This document shows positions 40,914 through 52,467 of a stretch of 64,000 nucleotides of DNA, piece by piece. The DNA is taken from the NCBI GenBank assembly GCA_965243135.1, contig OZ251539.1, positions 5,120,001 through 5,184,000 on the forward strand. The letters are read 5' to 3'. This DNA is from Alphaproteobacteria bacterium (GTDB taxonomy: Bacteria > Pseudomonadota > Alphaproteobacteria > MPNO01 > UBA830). Made by a program: the position numbers and the translations under genes. Below the pieces are notes generated by a model. It had not been told where the DNA came from and did no database searches. It saw nothing but the letters and a program-made list of their open reading frames with translations. How positions within the stretch are numbered: position 1 is the stretch's first letter; each line of letters opens with the position of its first letter.

Positions 40914-41900
40914 TCAGTTCCTCATCGCGGCGACGACCTCGCTCGCGGGAATCCCCTTGCCGTCGAGTTCCTTCAGCAAGCCTTCGACGGCGGCCGCCGC
41001 GCGCGCGTCGAAGGCGGCTCGCGCTTCCTTCGACAGCTCGACGACTTGCTTTCCGGGCAGCGAGCGGAACTTGCCGAGAGCGATTTCGCCGAACTTCGCG
41101 AGGCCGTCCGCCGAACGCAGGCTGATGTCGAGGCCGACAAGCCCGTCGAGGGCCTTTCTGTGTTGGGGCGCGAGTTCGCCGTAGGCGTCTTCGTTCATCA
41201 CCATGAAGATGGTCGTCGGCATTTCCGGCAGTCCGACGGTGACGAACTTCGCGGGCTCGATCAGCTTGAAGATCAGCAACGAATCCGACCCCATAAGCGC
41301 GCCGTCGACGACGCCGGTGGTCATCGACGTGTAGACCTTCGTCGCCGGCATCTGCACCGGGGTCGCGCCGTAAGCGGAGATCACCGCCGCGGCGGACTTC
41401 GACGCCACCCGGATCTTCAGGCCCTTGAGATCGTCGAGACTCCGCACCGGCTTGTCGCGCATCATGAACACGGCGGGCGGCGTCACGAAAACCGCGAGCG
41501 GCACGGTGCGCCTGAACTCGCCGCGCAGGTGGGCGTCCATCACCTTCCACAGTTTGCGCGTCGCGTCCCGGTGCCCCCGGGTCACGCCCGGAAGCTCGAT
41601 CAGGAGCGTCTTCGGAAACACCGAGGACGTATAGCCGGGCAATCCGTAGGCGATATCGGCGATGCGCCGCACCGCGCGCTGGTACTGTTCGACCGGTCCC
41701 TTCCCCAGCGCGCCGGCGGCGTAGACCTTGATCTTCGCCTCGCCGCCGGTGGCCGCGGCGAGGTCGTCGGCGAGCTTGAGAAACACCGGCTTGTGCAGGA
41801 CGTATTGCGGCGGCACGAAGCTCGCGAATTTCAGCACCGTTTCGGCCGACGCCAATGTCGGCAGGATCAGCAGCAGCGCGGCGAAAGCAGCCCGTTTCAT
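40914..41900 (-). CDS. TRAP substrate-binding protein (DctP)
   Basis: Signal peptide MKRAAFAALLL, PGYT..FP...ELP, DLKGLKIR. Confidence 0.92.
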   Translation of the reverse strand: MKRAAFAALLLILPTLASAETVLKFASFVPPQYVLHKPVFLKLADDLAAATGGEAKIKVYAAGALGKGPVEQYQRAVRRIADIAYGLPGYTSSVFPKTLLIELPGVTRGHRDATRKLWKVMDAHLRGEFRRTVPLAVFVTPPAVFMMRDKPVRSLDDLKGLKIRVASKSAAAVISAYGATPVQMPATKVYTSMTTGVVDGALMGSDSLLIFKLIEPAKFVTVGLPEMPTTIFMVMNEDAYGELAPQHRKALDGLVGLDISLRSADGLAKFGEIALGKFRSLPGKQVVELSKEARAAFDARAAAAVEGLLKELDGKGIPASEVVAAMRN

Positions 41901-42128
41901 CGAATGTCTCCTTCCTGTCATTTTATGCTTGTATATTCAGATCTCGAGCGCCGCATTGCAAGACGGCGCCGTCGCGCGAGAGGATCCCATGCGGAATTTC
42001 AGGTCCGCGCCGCCGGAAGTCGCGGCGGAACCGCTTTCGGACGGCGCCGCGGCGCCGTCCCGCTTCCGGCTTCCGCCGCGCCGGGCCGCCGCCTGCATCC
42101 CGGCACGAGGCCGACGGGAACTTGCGGG

Positions 42129-43118
42129 ATGAAAGCGTGGCGATCGCCCGAAACCCCGGGAATCGGCGCGCTTCGCCTCGTCGACGTCGAACGGCCGGCG
42201 CCGGAGGCGAACGAACTGCTCGTCAGGGTTCGGGCGGCGGCGCTCAATTTTTCCGACCTGTTGATGATCGACGGAGTCTATCAAATCCGGCCGGATCGCC
42301 CCTTCACGCCGGGACAGGAAATCGCCGGAACGGTCGTTGAAGCCGGATCCGAAACCGGCTTCGCGCGCGGTTCCCGCGTCGCCGGGAAGGCGCCGTGGGG
42401 AGGTTTCGCCGAATACGCCCTCCTGCGCGCCGACATGGCCATCCGGGTGCCGGACGAGACCGGCTTCGCGACCGCCGCCGCTCTTCCGGTAGCCTATACC
42501 ACCGCGTTCGTGGCGCTCGTCGAGGATGCGGCCGTTCGCGAAAGCGACACGGTTTTGATCCATGCCGCAGCCGGCGGCGTGGGGCTGGCGGCCGTTCAGA
42601 TCGCCAAGGCATACGGCGCGAAAGTCGTTGCGGCCGCCACCGGATCCCGGAAACGCGATCTCGTCCGGTCGCATGGCGCCGATGTCGTCGTCGACTACGA
42701 AACCGGAGACTTCGTCGCGGCCGCAAACGAAGCGACTGCCGGTCTCGGCGCCGACATCGTTCTCGACACGGTAGGCGGCGAGATAACGCTGCGGAGCCTT
42801 CGTTGCCTCGCGTGGAAGGGCCAGCTTCTCGTAACCGGCTTCTCGAGCGGAACGATTCCCGAAATTCCTGCAAACCGGCTCCTGTTGAAGCGCGCGGTCG
42901 CGCGCGGCGTATACTGGAACCACGACAGGGATCCGGAGATGGTGGCGCGCTGTACGCGGTCCCTGATTGAACTTCTCCGCGCGAACCGGATCGCTCCCGT
43001 CGTCCATGACCGGTACGGACTGAACGATCTTCCGCGCGCGCTCGAAGATCTGAAGTCGGGCCGATCGACGGGAAAGCTGGCTTTGAACACGGACCGCGAA
43101 CGAACAAGCGGCCGATGA
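42129..43118 (+). CDS. NADPH:quinone oxidoreductase (MDR family)
   Basis: LNFSDL..G.YQ..P..PFTPG.E.AG, HAAAGGVGLAA, GKL C-terminus. Confidence 0.9.
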   Translation: MKAWRSPETPGIGALRLVDVERPAPEANELLVRVRAAALNFSDLLMIDGVYQIRPDRPFTPGQEIAGTVVEAGSETGFARGSRVAGKAPWGGFAEYALLRADMAIRVPDETGFATAAALPVAYTTAFVALVEDAAVRESDTVLIHAAAGGVGLAAVQIAKAYGAKVVAAATGSRKRDLVRSHGADVVVDYETGDFVAAANEATAGLGADIVLDTVGGEITLRSLRCLAWKGQLLVTGFSSGTIPEIPANRLLLKRAVARGVYWNHDRDPEMVARCTRSLIELLRANRIAPVVHDRYGLNDLPRALEDLKSGRSTGKLALNTDRERTSGR

Positions 43119-43206
43119 TCCGGTTCGGACAGACGCGGCATGGTCCTTGGAAGAGCCGGACCCTCTGCCGTTTCTGCGGATAGCCCGGACAGTCGACGGT
43201 CCCGGT

Positions 43207-43797
43207 TCAGTTTCCGGACCGCCATGCGCGAAACGCGTCGCCATCGTCGATATCGGCGAGCGTTCGTACGAACGCGACTCTCGCGCCGGGCCCGGCATTG
43301 GCGACAGTGTCCGAAAGAGCGTGCATCCCGGACCAGCGCACGTTCCTGAACAACGCCCCGGCGCGCGCACCTCGCGCCGCGCCGACCAGCCAGTAGCCCC
43401 CGTCGTCAGACGGACCGAACGCGAATTCGCACCGTCGCAGCGCCTCGAACGCTTCGGCGACGTGGCGGCGCTCCACGCCGGGGACGTCGCTGCCGACGAT
43501 CGCGACCGGGTGCGTTCCGAAGCGCCTCATGCATCTCGCCATGCGATCTCCGAGGTTGCCGTCGCCCTGCGGAATCCGGGGGATGCCGCAGGGCGGAATC
43601 CGCTTGTCGAAAACGTCCGCGTCGGGGGTCACGCCGAGCCACGTCGTCCATCTTCGATCGGAGGCGAGGCGCCGGGCGACGGCGTTCAAGGTCGCGCGGT
43701 AGAACCTGAGAGCGGTCGCCTCGCCGACGTCGGCCGCCAGCCGGGTCTTCACTCTTCCGAGGCGCGGCGTCCGCGCGAAGATCACGACATGTCTCAC
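43207..43797 (-). CDS. TIGR04282/DUF2064-type transferase
   Basis: FARTPRLGRVKTRLA, QGDGNLGDRM, GSDVP, GPSDDGGYWLVG, WS, DIDD. Confidence 0.88.
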   Translation of the reverse strand: MRHVVIFARTPRLGRVKTRLAADVGEATALRFYRATLNAVARRLASDRRWTTWLGVTPDADVFDKRIPPCGIPRIPQGDGNLGDRMARCMRRFGTHPVAIVGSDVPGVERRHVAEAFEALRRCEFAFGPSDDGGYWLVGAARGARAGALFRNVRWSGMHALSDTVANAGPGARVAFVRTLADIDDGDAFRAWRSGN

Positions 43798-44507
43798 AGG
43801 TAGAGCTTCTCGATCAGCCTTGGCGGCACGCCCAGAAAATAGAGAGCGAGGCAGGCGAGATTGCGCGCCGGGCGCAGCCACCAGCCTCCGCGCCTGTAAC
43901 GGTCGGCGGAGGTGACCGCATCGGCATCGAGCATATCGAGCCGACTCTTGCCGATGCGCCGTACGATGTCGACATCCTCGAACAGAGGGAGCGGCTTGAA
44001 CCCGCCGATGCGGTCGTGAAACCCTCGGGAGATCAGGAGGCCCTGATCGCCGTAGGGGAGGCCGAGCGCGCGCGTTCTCCAGGCGACGAGCCGTTCGACG
44101 CGGCGCGCTTGCGGATGCGCGTCGTCGAGTCGCAGCCGGAAGACCGCGGCGCGGTCGCCGTTCGCCGGTTCCGTCGCGAACTCGTGGACGGCGCGGCGCC
44201 AGCCGGGAGCGAGCCGGGTGTCCGCGTGCAAGAAAAGCAGCCACGCGCCGGGCGCGGCCTCGCCGCCGGCGCGCAGCTGGCGGCCTCTGCCCTTGGCGGA
44301 CGGCAGGACGCGCGCGCCCTTTCCCCTGGCGACCTTTTGCGTTCCGTCGGTCGAGCCGCCGTCCACGACGGTAATGTCGCAGGAGAGCGTCCCGTTGGCG
44401 CAGGAGATCGCGTCGACGACGCCCGGCAGCGTGGCCGCGGCGTTCAGGGCCGGAATTACGAACGATATGCGGACGGCCTTCCGCCCGGGCGCTTCCGGGT
44501 TTTCCAT
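43794..44507 (-). CDS. TIGR04283-type family 2 glycosyltransferase
   Basis: IPALN, VDGGSTD, GRGRQL..G, FLHADT, YGDQGL, GGF...PLFED, TSADRY. Confidence 0.9.
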   Translation of the reverse strand: MENPEAPGRKAVRISFVIPALNAAATLPGVVDAISCANGTLSCDITVVDGGSTDGTQKVARGKGARVLPSAKGRGRQLRAGGEAAPGAWLLFLHADTRLAPGWRRAVHEFATEPANGDRAAVFRLRLDDAHPQARRVERLVAWRTRALGLPYGDQGLLISRGFHDRIGGFKPLPLFEDVDIVRRIGKSRLDMLDADAVTSADRYRRGGWWLRPARNLACLALYFLGVPPRLIEKLYL

Positions 44508-44540
44508 TCGCCGACCGGACGTTGCGCAGACGCCGTTCGC

Positions 44541-44732
44541 TCAGGCGCTTCCGTCCGTCCGGCGTCGTCCGCCGACGGCGAAGCGGCGCAAGGAGGCGGC
44601 GAGGCCGTTCAGGTCGCCGGACTCCATGAGCCGGCCGGCAATGAAGCGTCGTCCGGTTTTCTTGCCCTCGCGCCGGTTCTCGACGATCCGGACGTACGTG
44701 CGATTCCCGCTGATCTTGGCGCGACAGAACAT
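44541..44732 (-). mobile_element. Transposase N-terminal remnant, IS1634-like
   Basis: MFCRAKISGNRTYVRIVENRREGKK..RRFIA.GRL..SGDLNGLAASLRRF resembles remembered IS1634 N-termini; no DDE domain follows. Confidence 0.6.
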
Positions 44733-45150
44733 CGAGAGTCCCCAAGAAGAACAGCGTTCATTCTACGGCCGGGAGGCATCTTGGTCACGCGTCCCGGAAG
44801 AACCCGTTCTTTCTCGCTGCGGCGCGGGTCGGGAGATGTCTCAGGAAAAGACTTCGGCGTCCAACATGCGGCGTTTCCCGGAGGAAGCGGTCGAAAAGCG
44901 CGTCCTGCGCCAGTTCCCGAAAATGGCCGGGCCGTCCGGCAACCTTTTGCGCGGCATCGGCGTTGCGGGGCAGGCGCAACGATCGTTGGCGACAAGTCCG
45001 GCCGCGAAATCCGCGGCGCGTCGTCGTTCAGGGCTGCAAAAAAAGTTTCCAACCTGTATTTTCCACGACGTTCGCGCCTTGTCGGACCTGCCGCCGCAGA
45101 AGAGCCGGACGGTCCGGCTTCTTCTCGCGCTTAGCATCGGGGATTCGGTC

Positions 45151-46638
45151 ATGAAACTGGCAAGCATGTTTTTTGCCGCCGCGGCAGCCGCTTTGGCTCC
45201 GGACAGCGGTTTCGGCGCGCCCGTGAAACTCACCATCGTTCATTTCAACGATCTCGACCGGATGGAGGAAAAGCGCGGCCGGGGCGGCGTCGCAAGGCTC
45301 GCTTCCGTGATCGCCGCCGAGCGGCGGCGCGGCGGCAACGTCCTGGTCACGTTCGCCGGCGACGCGATCTCGCCGTCGCTGCTTTCGGGCTTCGACCAGG
45401 GGGCCCACATGATCGCGCTTCTGAACAGGCTCGGCCTCACCGCCATGGCGCTCGGCAACCACGAGTTCGATTTCGGGCCGGAAGTCGCGCGCCGCCGCAT
45501 CGCGGAGGCTTCGTTTCCGGTTTTGAGCGCCAATCACAGGGACGCGGACGGGGAGATTATCGACGGCGCGAAGGCGTCGATCATGGTCGCCGCCGGCAGG
45601 TTCAAAATCGGCGTATTCGGATTGACCACGACCGGGACCGCCGTGAAATCCAGCCCGGGGAGCGTGGTTTTCCGCCCCGCCGTCGAGGTCGCCGCCGAGC
45701 AGGCGCGCGAATTGCGCGCGGCGGGCGCCGACCTCGTGGTCGCTCTCGCTCACACGGACTCGGGCGAGGACGCGGCGTTGCTCGCTCGGGGCGACGTCGA
45801 TCTCCTGCTGAGCGGCGACGATCATATCTTGCGGGTCGAATACGACGGCCGGGCGGCGTTCGCGGAGTCCGGCGCGCAGGCCGAGCGGATCACGGCGATC
45901 GATCTCGAACTCGACGAGGCGGAGCGGCCGGAAGGCAAGCGCTTCGTCTGGAGCCCGGCTTTTCGCGTGATCGACTCGGCGCAGGTCGAACCGGACCCTG
46001 AGGTCGCGGCGGCGGTGCAGGGCTATCTCGACCGGCTTTCCGGCGAGCTCGACGCCGCGGTCGGCAGGACGACCACGGCGCTCGACAGCCGTCGAACGAC
46101 GGTTCGCGGCATGGAGGCCGCAATCGGCAACCTGTTCGCCGACGCGATGCGGGCGGCGACGCAGGCCGACATCGCGATCGTCAACGGGGGAGGGATCCGC
46201 GGCGACCGGACCTATCCGCCGGGAACCGCGCTGACCCGACGGGACATCCTCGAGGAACTCCCGTTCGGCGACAAGACGGTCGTCATCGAGGTGACGGGCC
46301 GGGACGTGGTCGCGGCCCTCGAGAACGGCCTGAGCGGCGGAGGCCGGTTCCCGCATTTCTCGGGACTGCGCGTCGTCTACGATCCGAACCGCCCTCCGGG
46401 ACGCCGCGTGGTCGAGGCCGCGCAGGACGGCAAGAAAATCCGGCCCGACGCGACTTACGTGCTGGCGACCAACGATTTCCTGGCGGGCGGCGGCGACGGC
46501 TACGGGATGCTCGCGAACGGAAAGCGGCTCGTCGACGCCAGGGCGGGAACCCTTCTCACGGTCCAGGTGATGCGGTACATCGCGGATCGGGGATCGGTCG
46601 GCCCGCGGGTCGACGGCCGGCTGCGGGTCGGGCTCTGA
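45151..46638 (+). CDS. Periplasmic 5'-nucleotidase / UDP-sugar hydrolase (metallophosphoesterase + C-terminal domain)
   Basis: Signal peptide, HFND, AGD, LGNHEFD, NGGGIRG, LPF, FLAGGGDGY. Confidence 0.92.
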   Translation: MKLASMFFAAAAAALAPDSGFGAPVKLTIVHFNDLDRMEEKRGRGGVARLASVIAAERRRGGNVLVTFAGDAISPSLLSGFDQGAHMIALLNRLGLTAMALGNHEFDFGPEVARRRIAEASFPVLSANHRDADGEIIDGAKASIMVAAGRFKIGVFGLTTTGTAVKSSPGSVVFRPAVEVAAEQARELRAAGADLVVALAHTDSGEDAALLARGDVDLLLSGDDHILRVEYDGRAAFAESGAQAERITAIDLELDEAERPEGKRFVWSPAFRVIDSAQVEPDPEVAAAVQGYLDRLSGELDAAVGRTTTALDSRRTTVRGMEAAIGNLFADAMRAATQADIAIVNGGGIRGDRTYPPGTALTRRDILEELPFGDKTVVIEVTGRDVVAALENGLSGGGRFPHFSGLRVVYDPNRPPGRRVVEAAQDGKKIRPDATYVLATNDFLAGGGDGYGMLANGKRLVDARAGTLLTVQVMRYIADRGSVGPRVDGRLRVGL

Positions 46639-46763
46639 TCGACGGAAGGCGGGCTGCGGCAGGGTCGTCAAGGCGCGTCGCGGAGCGCAGGCATTCCGGT
46701 TCCGCGATTCGCCCGGTATAATGCGCCGTCCGCCGCCGCTGCGCGGCCCTGTACCGCTTCGCC

Positions 46764-47300
46764 ATGGCGCTGCTGCCCGTTATCGTCGCTCCGGATCCCC
46801 TGCTGAAGCAAATCGCCGAGCCCGTGGGTTCGGTCGATGACGGCGTGAGACGGTTGATGGACGACATGCTGGAGACCATGTACGCCGCGCCCGGCGTCGG
46901 CCTTGCCGCGCCGCAGGTCGGCGCGCTCCGGCGCGTTATCGTCGCCGACGTCGCGCCGTCCGGCGAACCGCGCCGTCCGTTGCGCATCGCCGACCCCCGC
47001 ATCGTCGAGTCGTCGGTCGAAATCTCGGCCCGCGAAGAAGGCTGCCTCTCGCTCCCCGAGCATTATGCGGAAGTCGAACGGCCCGAACGCGTGCGCCTGC
47101 AGTATCTCGATTACGACGGCGCGGCCCGGGAGGAGGAATTCGACGGTTACCTCGCGACCTGCATCCAGCACGAGATCGACCATCTCGACGGCGTTCTCTT
47201 CGTGGATCGCATCTCCGCCGTCAGGCGCGGCATGATCCTGCGCAAGCTCGCCAGGGCGAAGCGCGCTCGCGACCGGAAGCCCGGAGCGGCGCGGCGCTGA
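46764..47300 (+). CDS. def: Peptide deformylase
   Basis: [22 protein letters not shown]. Confidence 0.97.
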   Translation: MALLPVIVAPDPLLKQIAEPVGSVDDGVRRLMDDMLETMYAAPGVGLAAPQVGALRRVIVADVAPSGEPRRPLRIADPRIVESSVEISAREEGCLSLPEHYAEVERPERVRLQYLDYDGAAREEEFDGYLATCIQHEIDHLDGVLFVDRISAVRRGMILRKLARAKRARDRKPGAARR

Positions 47301-47306
47301 CGCGCG

Positions 47307-48197
47307 ATGTCCGCGCTCAAACTCGCCTTCATGGGCACGGCGGAATTCGCGGTGCCGAGCCTCGACGCCTTGATCCGCGCCGGCCACGAGGTCGCGCGCG
47401 TCCACACCCGCCCGCCCCGTCCGGCGGGCCGCGGGCAGCGCGAACGCGTTTCGCCGGTGCAGGCCTTCGCGGACGCCAGGGGAATCGAGGTCCGGCATTC
47501 CCCGGAAGCCGACGATTTCGCCGCGTTCGACGCCGTGGCGGTGGCTGCCTACGGCCGCATCCTGCCGGAGGCGACGTTGGGCGAGCCGCGTCTCGGATGC
47601 GTCAACGTGCATGCGTCGCTGCTGCCCCGCTGGCGCGGCGCGGCGCCGATACAGCGCGCGATTCTCGCCGGCGACGCGGAAACCGGCGTGACCGTGATGC
47701 AGATGGACGCGGGGCTCGACACCGGCCCGATTCTGCTCGCCGAACGCATGCCCATCGGTCCGCGCGCGACGGCGCCGGATCTGCACGACGCGCTTGCCGC
47801 GATGGGGGGACGCCTGCTCGCGGAAGCGCTTGCCGCGGACGGGCTCGTCCCCCGTCCGCAACCGCGGGACGGCGCGACTTACGCCGCCAGGCTCGAACGC
47901 CGCGAAGGGCGGGCGGACTGGAACGAGGACGCGGTTCTGATCGAACGCAGAATTCGCGCCTTCGCGCCGTGGCCGGGGGTATGGTGCGAACGCGGAGGGA
48001 AGCGGCTTCGCATTCTGGAGGCGAGCGTCGTCGGCCTCTCCGGTCCGCCGGGTACGGTCATCGGCCTGCCCCTGACGGTGGCCTGCGGCGCCGGCGCGCT
48101 TCGAATCGAAAGGGTTCAGCGGGCGGGCGGAGCGGCCATGCCCGCGGACGCGTTCGTTCGCGGCAATCCTCTCCTCCCCGGCGCGGCGCTGTCGTGA
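47307..48197 (+). CDS. fmt: Methionyl-tRNA formyltransferase
   Basis: [30 protein letters not shown]. Confidence 0.95.
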   Translation: MSALKLAFMGTAEFAVPSLDALIRAGHEVARVHTRPPRPAGRGQRERVSPVQAFADARGIEVRHSPEADDFAAFDAVAVAAYGRILPEATLGEPRLGCVNVHASLLPRWRGAAPIQRAILAGDAETGVTVMQMDAGLDTGPILLAERMPIGPRATAPDLHDALAAMGGRLLAEALAADGLVPRPQPRDGATYAARLERREGRADWNEDAVLIERRIRAFAPWPGVWCERGGKRLRILEASVVGLSGPPGTVIGLPLTVACGAGALRIERVQRAGGAAMPADAFVRGNPLLPGAALS

Positions 48198-48934
48198 CCC
48201 GTTACCGGATCACGGTCGAATACGACGGCGGCGGATACGTCGGGTGGCAGCGCCAGGAAAGCGGCCCCTCCGTCCAGGCGGCTCTGGAGGACGCCGTGTT
48301 CGGCTTCTGCGGCGAGAGAGTGCGCGTCCGCGGCGCCGGCCGGACCGACGCCGGGGTTCATGCGCTGGGCCAGGTCGCGCACGTCGACATATCCAGGCCG
48401 GTCGCGGCGGACACGGTGCGCGACGCGATCAACGCCCATTTGGGGCGCCAGCCCATCGCGGTGCTGGACGCGCGGGAGGTCGGCGGCGACTTCGACGCCA
48501 GGACTTCGGCGCGGCGGCGAGTGTATCTGTATCGCATCCTCAACCGCCGGGCGCCGCCGGCGGTCGAGCGCGGCCGCGTGTGGCACGTCCGGGCTTCTCT
48601 GGACGCGGACGCGATGCAGGCGGCCGGTCAGCGCCTCGTCGGCCGGCACGACTTCACCACTTTCCGCGCCGCCATGTGCCAGGCGAGGTCGCCCGTGAAG
48701 ACGCTGGACAAGATCGCCGTCGAGCGCGCCGGGGACGAGATTCGATTCCATGTCGAGGCGCGCTCGTTCCTGCATCGTCAGGTGCGGAACATGGTGGGCA
48801 CGCTCGAACGGGTGGGCGCCGGCAAGTGGACCGCCGCCGACGTTTCGGCGGCGCTGGCGGCCCGCGACAGATCGGCGGGCGGTCCGACCGCGCCGGCCGC
48901 CGGGCTGTATCTGGTTTCGGTGCATTATCCATGA
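48194..48934 (+). CDS. truA: tRNA pseudouridine(38-40) synthase
   Basis: [36 protein letters not shown]. Confidence 0.96.
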   Translation: MTRYRITVEYDGGGYVGWQRQESGPSVQAALEDAVFGFCGERVRVRGAGRTDAGVHALGQVAHVDISRPVAADTVRDAINAHLGRQPIAVLDAREVGGDFDARTSARRRVYLYRILNRRAPPAVERGRVWHVRASLDADAMQAAGQRLVGRHDFTTFRAAMCQARSPVKTLDKIAVERAGDEIRFHVEARSFLHRQVRNMVGTLERVGAGKWTAADVSAALAARDRSAGGPTAPAAGLYLVSVHYP

Positions 48935-49473
48935 AGCATCCAACGGTCGACCGCGTGCAGGCAAAGGGCCAACACGTTGCCGATGAGCATGATCACGGTC
49001 GCCCGGGCGATGCGCACCTCGAGCGCGACGTGCGCGATGAACGCCTGATAGAAGAACGCGGCCATGGTCGCGAGAAACCAGAGAAGAAAACTCGCGGCGG
49101 CGGGCAGGTGCGAGGTCGCGATCTGCACCGCAAGAAACAACAGAAACTGAAGGACGAGGCCCCAATTCCACGCCGCGATGAAACGGAAATACTGGTCGGC
49201 GCAGTCCGTGGCCTCGGTGTAGGCGAGCATCGCGAGCGGAAAGATCACCCAGCCGATCACGTAGGAGATCGTTTCGACGGCGAAGAACCGTCCGTCCATC
49301 GCTCCGGGCGCGTCGTACATCGCCAGCAGCACGTAGTTCGGCGCGGCGAGGACCGCCGCGAGGAAGGACCTCCAGAAAGCGCTCTCGTCGTTCTCGAAGT
49401 AGATCACCCCGTGGCGGTCCAGCAAGGCGAGGCGAAAGGCCGCCGCCAACGAAATGGCGACATGGAGAATCAT
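48925..49473 (-). CDS. Hypothetical membrane protein downstream of dapE
   Basis: ATGA overlap with dapE; several TM segments, FWRSF.A and F..AWNW. Confidence 0.75.
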   Translation of the reverse strand: MILHVAISLAAAFRLALLDRHGVIYFENDESAFWRSFLAAVLAAPNYVLLAMYDAPGAMDGRFFAVETISYVIGWVIFPLAMLAYTEATDCADQYFRFIAAWNWGLVLQFLLFLAVQIATSHLPAAASFLLWFLATMAAFFYQAFIAHVALEVRIARATVIMLIGNVLALCLHAVDRWMLHG

Positions 49474-50612
49474 TCGGCGAAGTACCCGTCGAGAACCGCG
49501 GCGTAGATGTCGGCGAGCGTCCGGACGTCGGCGACGGCGGTTCGTTCGTCGACCTTGTGCATGGTGCGTCCGACCAGGCCGAACTCCGCGACCGGGCAGA
49601 AATCCTTTATGAAGCGCGCGTCGGAAGTGCCGCCGGCGGTCGAGAGATCGGGCTCCCGGCCCGTCACCCGCCGCACCGCGTCGCTCAGCAGCGCGCTGAA
49701 CGGTCCCGGCGGCGTGAAGAACGCTTCGCCCGACACGGCGACCTCCAGTTCGTAAGGGCCGCCCGCCGCGGCGCAGCGCTCGTGCAGCCATCGCGTCAGG
49801 CTCTCTCCGGTATGGAGGTCGTTGAACCGGACGTTGAACATGGCCTGCGCGCGTCCCGGGATGACGTTCGCCGCCGGATTCCCAGTGTCGATCGTCGTCA
49901 GCTGAAGGTCGGACGGCTGGAAGTGCTCCGTGCCGCCGTCGAGCGGCGCGCTCGAAATCGCGTCCAGCATCCGGACCAGCCGCGGCAGCGGATTGTCCGC
50001 GAGATGCGGATACGCGGTGTGTCCCTGGACGCCGGAGACGGCGAGCCTGCCGGTCAGGCTTCCGCGGCGGCCGATCTTGATCATGTCGCCGAGCCTCTCG
50101 GGGTTGGTCGGTTCGCCGACCAGGCAGACGTCGATGGCCTCGCCCCTTTCCGCCAGCCAGTCGAGAACCTTTTTCGTCCCGTTCACGGCCGGCCCCTCTT
50201 CGTCGCCCGTGATCAGCAGGCTGACCGATCCCTTCCGGCCCGCGCCGCGGCGGGCGACGGCCGCGACGAACGCGGCGATCGCGCTCTTCATGTCGGCGGC
50301 GCCGCGGCCGTAAAGCATGCCGTCCACGACCTCGCCGCCGAACGGATCGACGCTCCATGCGTCCGGGTCGCCGAGCGGCACCACGTCGACATGCCCGGCG
50401 AAGCAGAAATTAGGCGCGCCTTCGCCGCGCCGGGCGTAAAGGTTATCGACGTCGGGCGTTCCCGGCTCGGAGAATTTCAGCCGGCTGCAGACGAAGCCCA
50501 GATCGTCCAGGGCCGCTTCCAGCACGTCGAGCGCCCCCGCCTCGTCGGGGGTCACGCTCGGACAGCGGATCAGTTCGCGCGCGAGTTCGACGGCGTCGAT
50601 AATAGGAGTCAA
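49470..50612 (-). CDS. dapE: Succinyl-diaminopimelate desuccinylase
   Basis: [41 protein letters not shown]. Confidence 0.95.
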   Translation of the reverse strand: MTPIIDAVELARELIRCPSVTPDEAGALDVLEAALDDLGFVCSRLKFSEPGTPDVDNLYARRGEGAPNFCFAGHVDVVPLGDPDAWSVDPFGGEVVDGMLYGRGAADMKSAIAAFVAAVARRGAGRKGSVSLLITGDEEGPAVNGTKKVLDWLAERGEAIDVCLVGEPTNPERLGDMIKIGRRGSLTGRLAVSGVQGHTAYPHLADNPLPRLVRMLDAISSAPLDGGTEHFQPSDLQLTTIDTGNPAANVIPGRAQAMFNVRFNDLHTGESLTRWLHERCAAAGGPYELEVAVSGEAFFTPPGPFSALLSDAVRRVTGREPDLSTAGGTSDARFIKDFCPVAEFGLVGRTMHKVDERTAVADVRTLADIYAAVLDGYFAE

Positions 50613-51460
50613 TCCCTGAGAAGCTCGTTGATGGAAGTCTTGGAACGGGTCCGCTCGTCCACGCGCTTGACGATGACGGCGCAGTAGAGGCTCGGCCCGT
50701 CGCTTCCGTCGGGCAGCTTGCGTCCGGGCATGGCGCCGGGAACCACCACGGAGTACGCGGGGACCCGCCCGCGGTGGATTTCTCCGGTCTCGCGGTCGAC
50801 GATCCTCGTGGACGCGCCGAGGAACACGCCCATCGACAGCACGCTGCCGCGTTCGACGATCACCCCCTCCGCGACCTCGGAACGGGCCCCGACGAAGCAG
50901 TCGTCCTCGACGATCACGGGATCGGCCTGCAGGGGCTCGAGCACGCCGCCGATTCCGGCGCCGCCGGAAATGTGGCAATTCCGGCCGATCTGGGCGCAGG
51001 AGCCGACGGTCGCCCAGGTGTCCACCATGGTGCCCTCTTCGACGCGGGCGCCGAGATTGACGAAACTCGGCATCAGCACGACGCCCGGCGCAAGATACGC
51101 CGAGCGGCGAACGACGCAGTTCGGCACGGCGCGGAAGCCGGCCGCTCGAAAGCGGGCTTCGTTCCAGCCGGCGAACTTCGACGGCACCTTGTCGAACCAG
51201 GGGCTTTCGCCGATGCCCGGAAACGCGGGCCCGCCCGGAAGCGGCGCCATGTCGTATATGCGGAAGGACAGCAGCACGGCCTTCTTCAGCCATTGATGCA
51301 CCGTCCACACTCCGTCCAGCTTCTCGGCCACGCGCAGAGAGCCGGAATCGAGTCCGTCGAGCGCGGCCTCGATCGCCTCGCGCAACGGGCCCTTCGCGTT
51401 CGGGGTGACGGAGTCGCGCTCTTCCCACGCCCGGTCGATTCGTTCCCGGAGATCGTCCAT
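50609..51460 (-). CDS. dapD: Tetrahydrodipicolinate N-succinyltransferase
   Basis: [41 protein letters not shown]. Confidence 0.97.
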   Translation of the reverse strand: MDDLRERIDRAWEERDSVTPNAKGPLREAIEAALDGLDSGSLRVAEKLDGVWTVHQWLKKAVLLSFRIYDMAPLPGGPAFPGIGESPWFDKVPSKFAGWNEARFRAAGFRAVPNCVVRRSAYLAPGVVLMPSFVNLGARVEEGTMVDTWATVGSCAQIGRNCHISGGAGIGGVLEPLQADPVIVEDDCFVGARSEVAEGVIVERGSVLSMGVFLGASTRIVDRETGEIHRGRVPAYSVVVPGAMPGRKLPDGSDGPSLYCAVIVKRVDERTRSKTSINELLRD

Positions 51461-51762
51461 GTTCTATTCGCTTTCGTCCCGGGGCTTCCCGGCGGCGCCC
51501 GGGCGGAGCCGCCCGGAAATAACCACGGGTTCCGATGCCGGTCAACCGGCGGCTTTGGCGGCATCGCTCGGTTGCCGCGACGAAAGGCGGGTTGCGGCGT
51601 CGCTGCGCCGCAGGCCCAGGCGAGCGCCGCCGTCGCGACCGCGGCTCCGCGGCGGAATCCGCAAGCCGTCCCGGAGCGGAAAGCCCGCGGCTTTCCGCGC
51701 CCGACGAAGGAATTTCCGCGCGGCCGTCGGCTATCCGAGGAGTCGGGCGCGGCGCGAAGGCC

Positions 51763-52437
51763 TTACGGCGTCCTCAACCGCGCGGAATTCAGCCACCCCT
51801 TCAGGTCGTCGATGACGTGATCGGCGGCGCCGGGTCCGTCGCCGGCCCAGCTCGCTCCGGTGCGAAGCCAGACCGTGGTCATGCCCAGACTGGAGGCGGG
51901 TTCGAGGTTTCGCGCGATGTCCTCGATCATGACCGCGCGCCGCGGATCGACGCCGTGCCGTTCGCACAGCCGGCGATACGGGGCGATCGCCGGCTTCGGC
52001 ACGTAATCGGCGTCGCCGATGTCGAACACCGCGTCGAAATGCCCCGCCAGGCCGAGGCGCTTCAGGACGCGCCCGGCGTGGAGCGAGAAAGCGTTGGTGT
52101 GGACGAACTTTCGGCCCGGCAGCCGGGCGATGGCGGCGCCCAGTTCCGGATCGGGTTCGATCTCCGAAACGTCGAGCCGGGAGAGGTGCCTCATGTAGTC
52201 GTCGGGATCGAGGCCGTGCTCGACCATGAGCCCGCGCAGGGTGAGTCCGTGCTCGCGGAAATAAGCCTTCTGAATCCGCCGCGCCTCGGCCCTGTCGACG
52301 TTCAGGAAACCGGCGATGAACGATCCCATGAGTTCGTCCGTCTGGGCGAGCATCGCCTCGCTCGACCGGTAAAGCGTATTGTCGAGATCGAAGATCCAGG
52401 CGTCGACATGGCGCAGGTCGGCGGCGGAGTTCGGCAT
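51763..52437 (-). CDS. Pyrimidine 5'-nucleotidase (HAD superfamily)
   Basis: [26 protein letters not shown]. Confidence 0.9.
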   Translation of the reverse strand: MPNSAADLRHVDAWIFDLDNTLYRSSEAMLAQTDELMGSFIAGFLNVDRAEARRIQKAYFREHGLTLRGLMVEHGLDPDDYMRHLSRLDVSEIEPDPELGAAIARLPGRKFVHTNAFSLHAGRVLKRLGLAGHFDAVFDIGDADYVPKPAIAPYRRLCERHGVDPRRAVMIEDIARNLEPASSLGMTTVWLRTGASWAGDGPGAADHVIDDLKGWLNSARLRTP

Positions 52438-52467
52438 GGCGGCGCGGCGCAGGCGGCGAGCCGGCGT

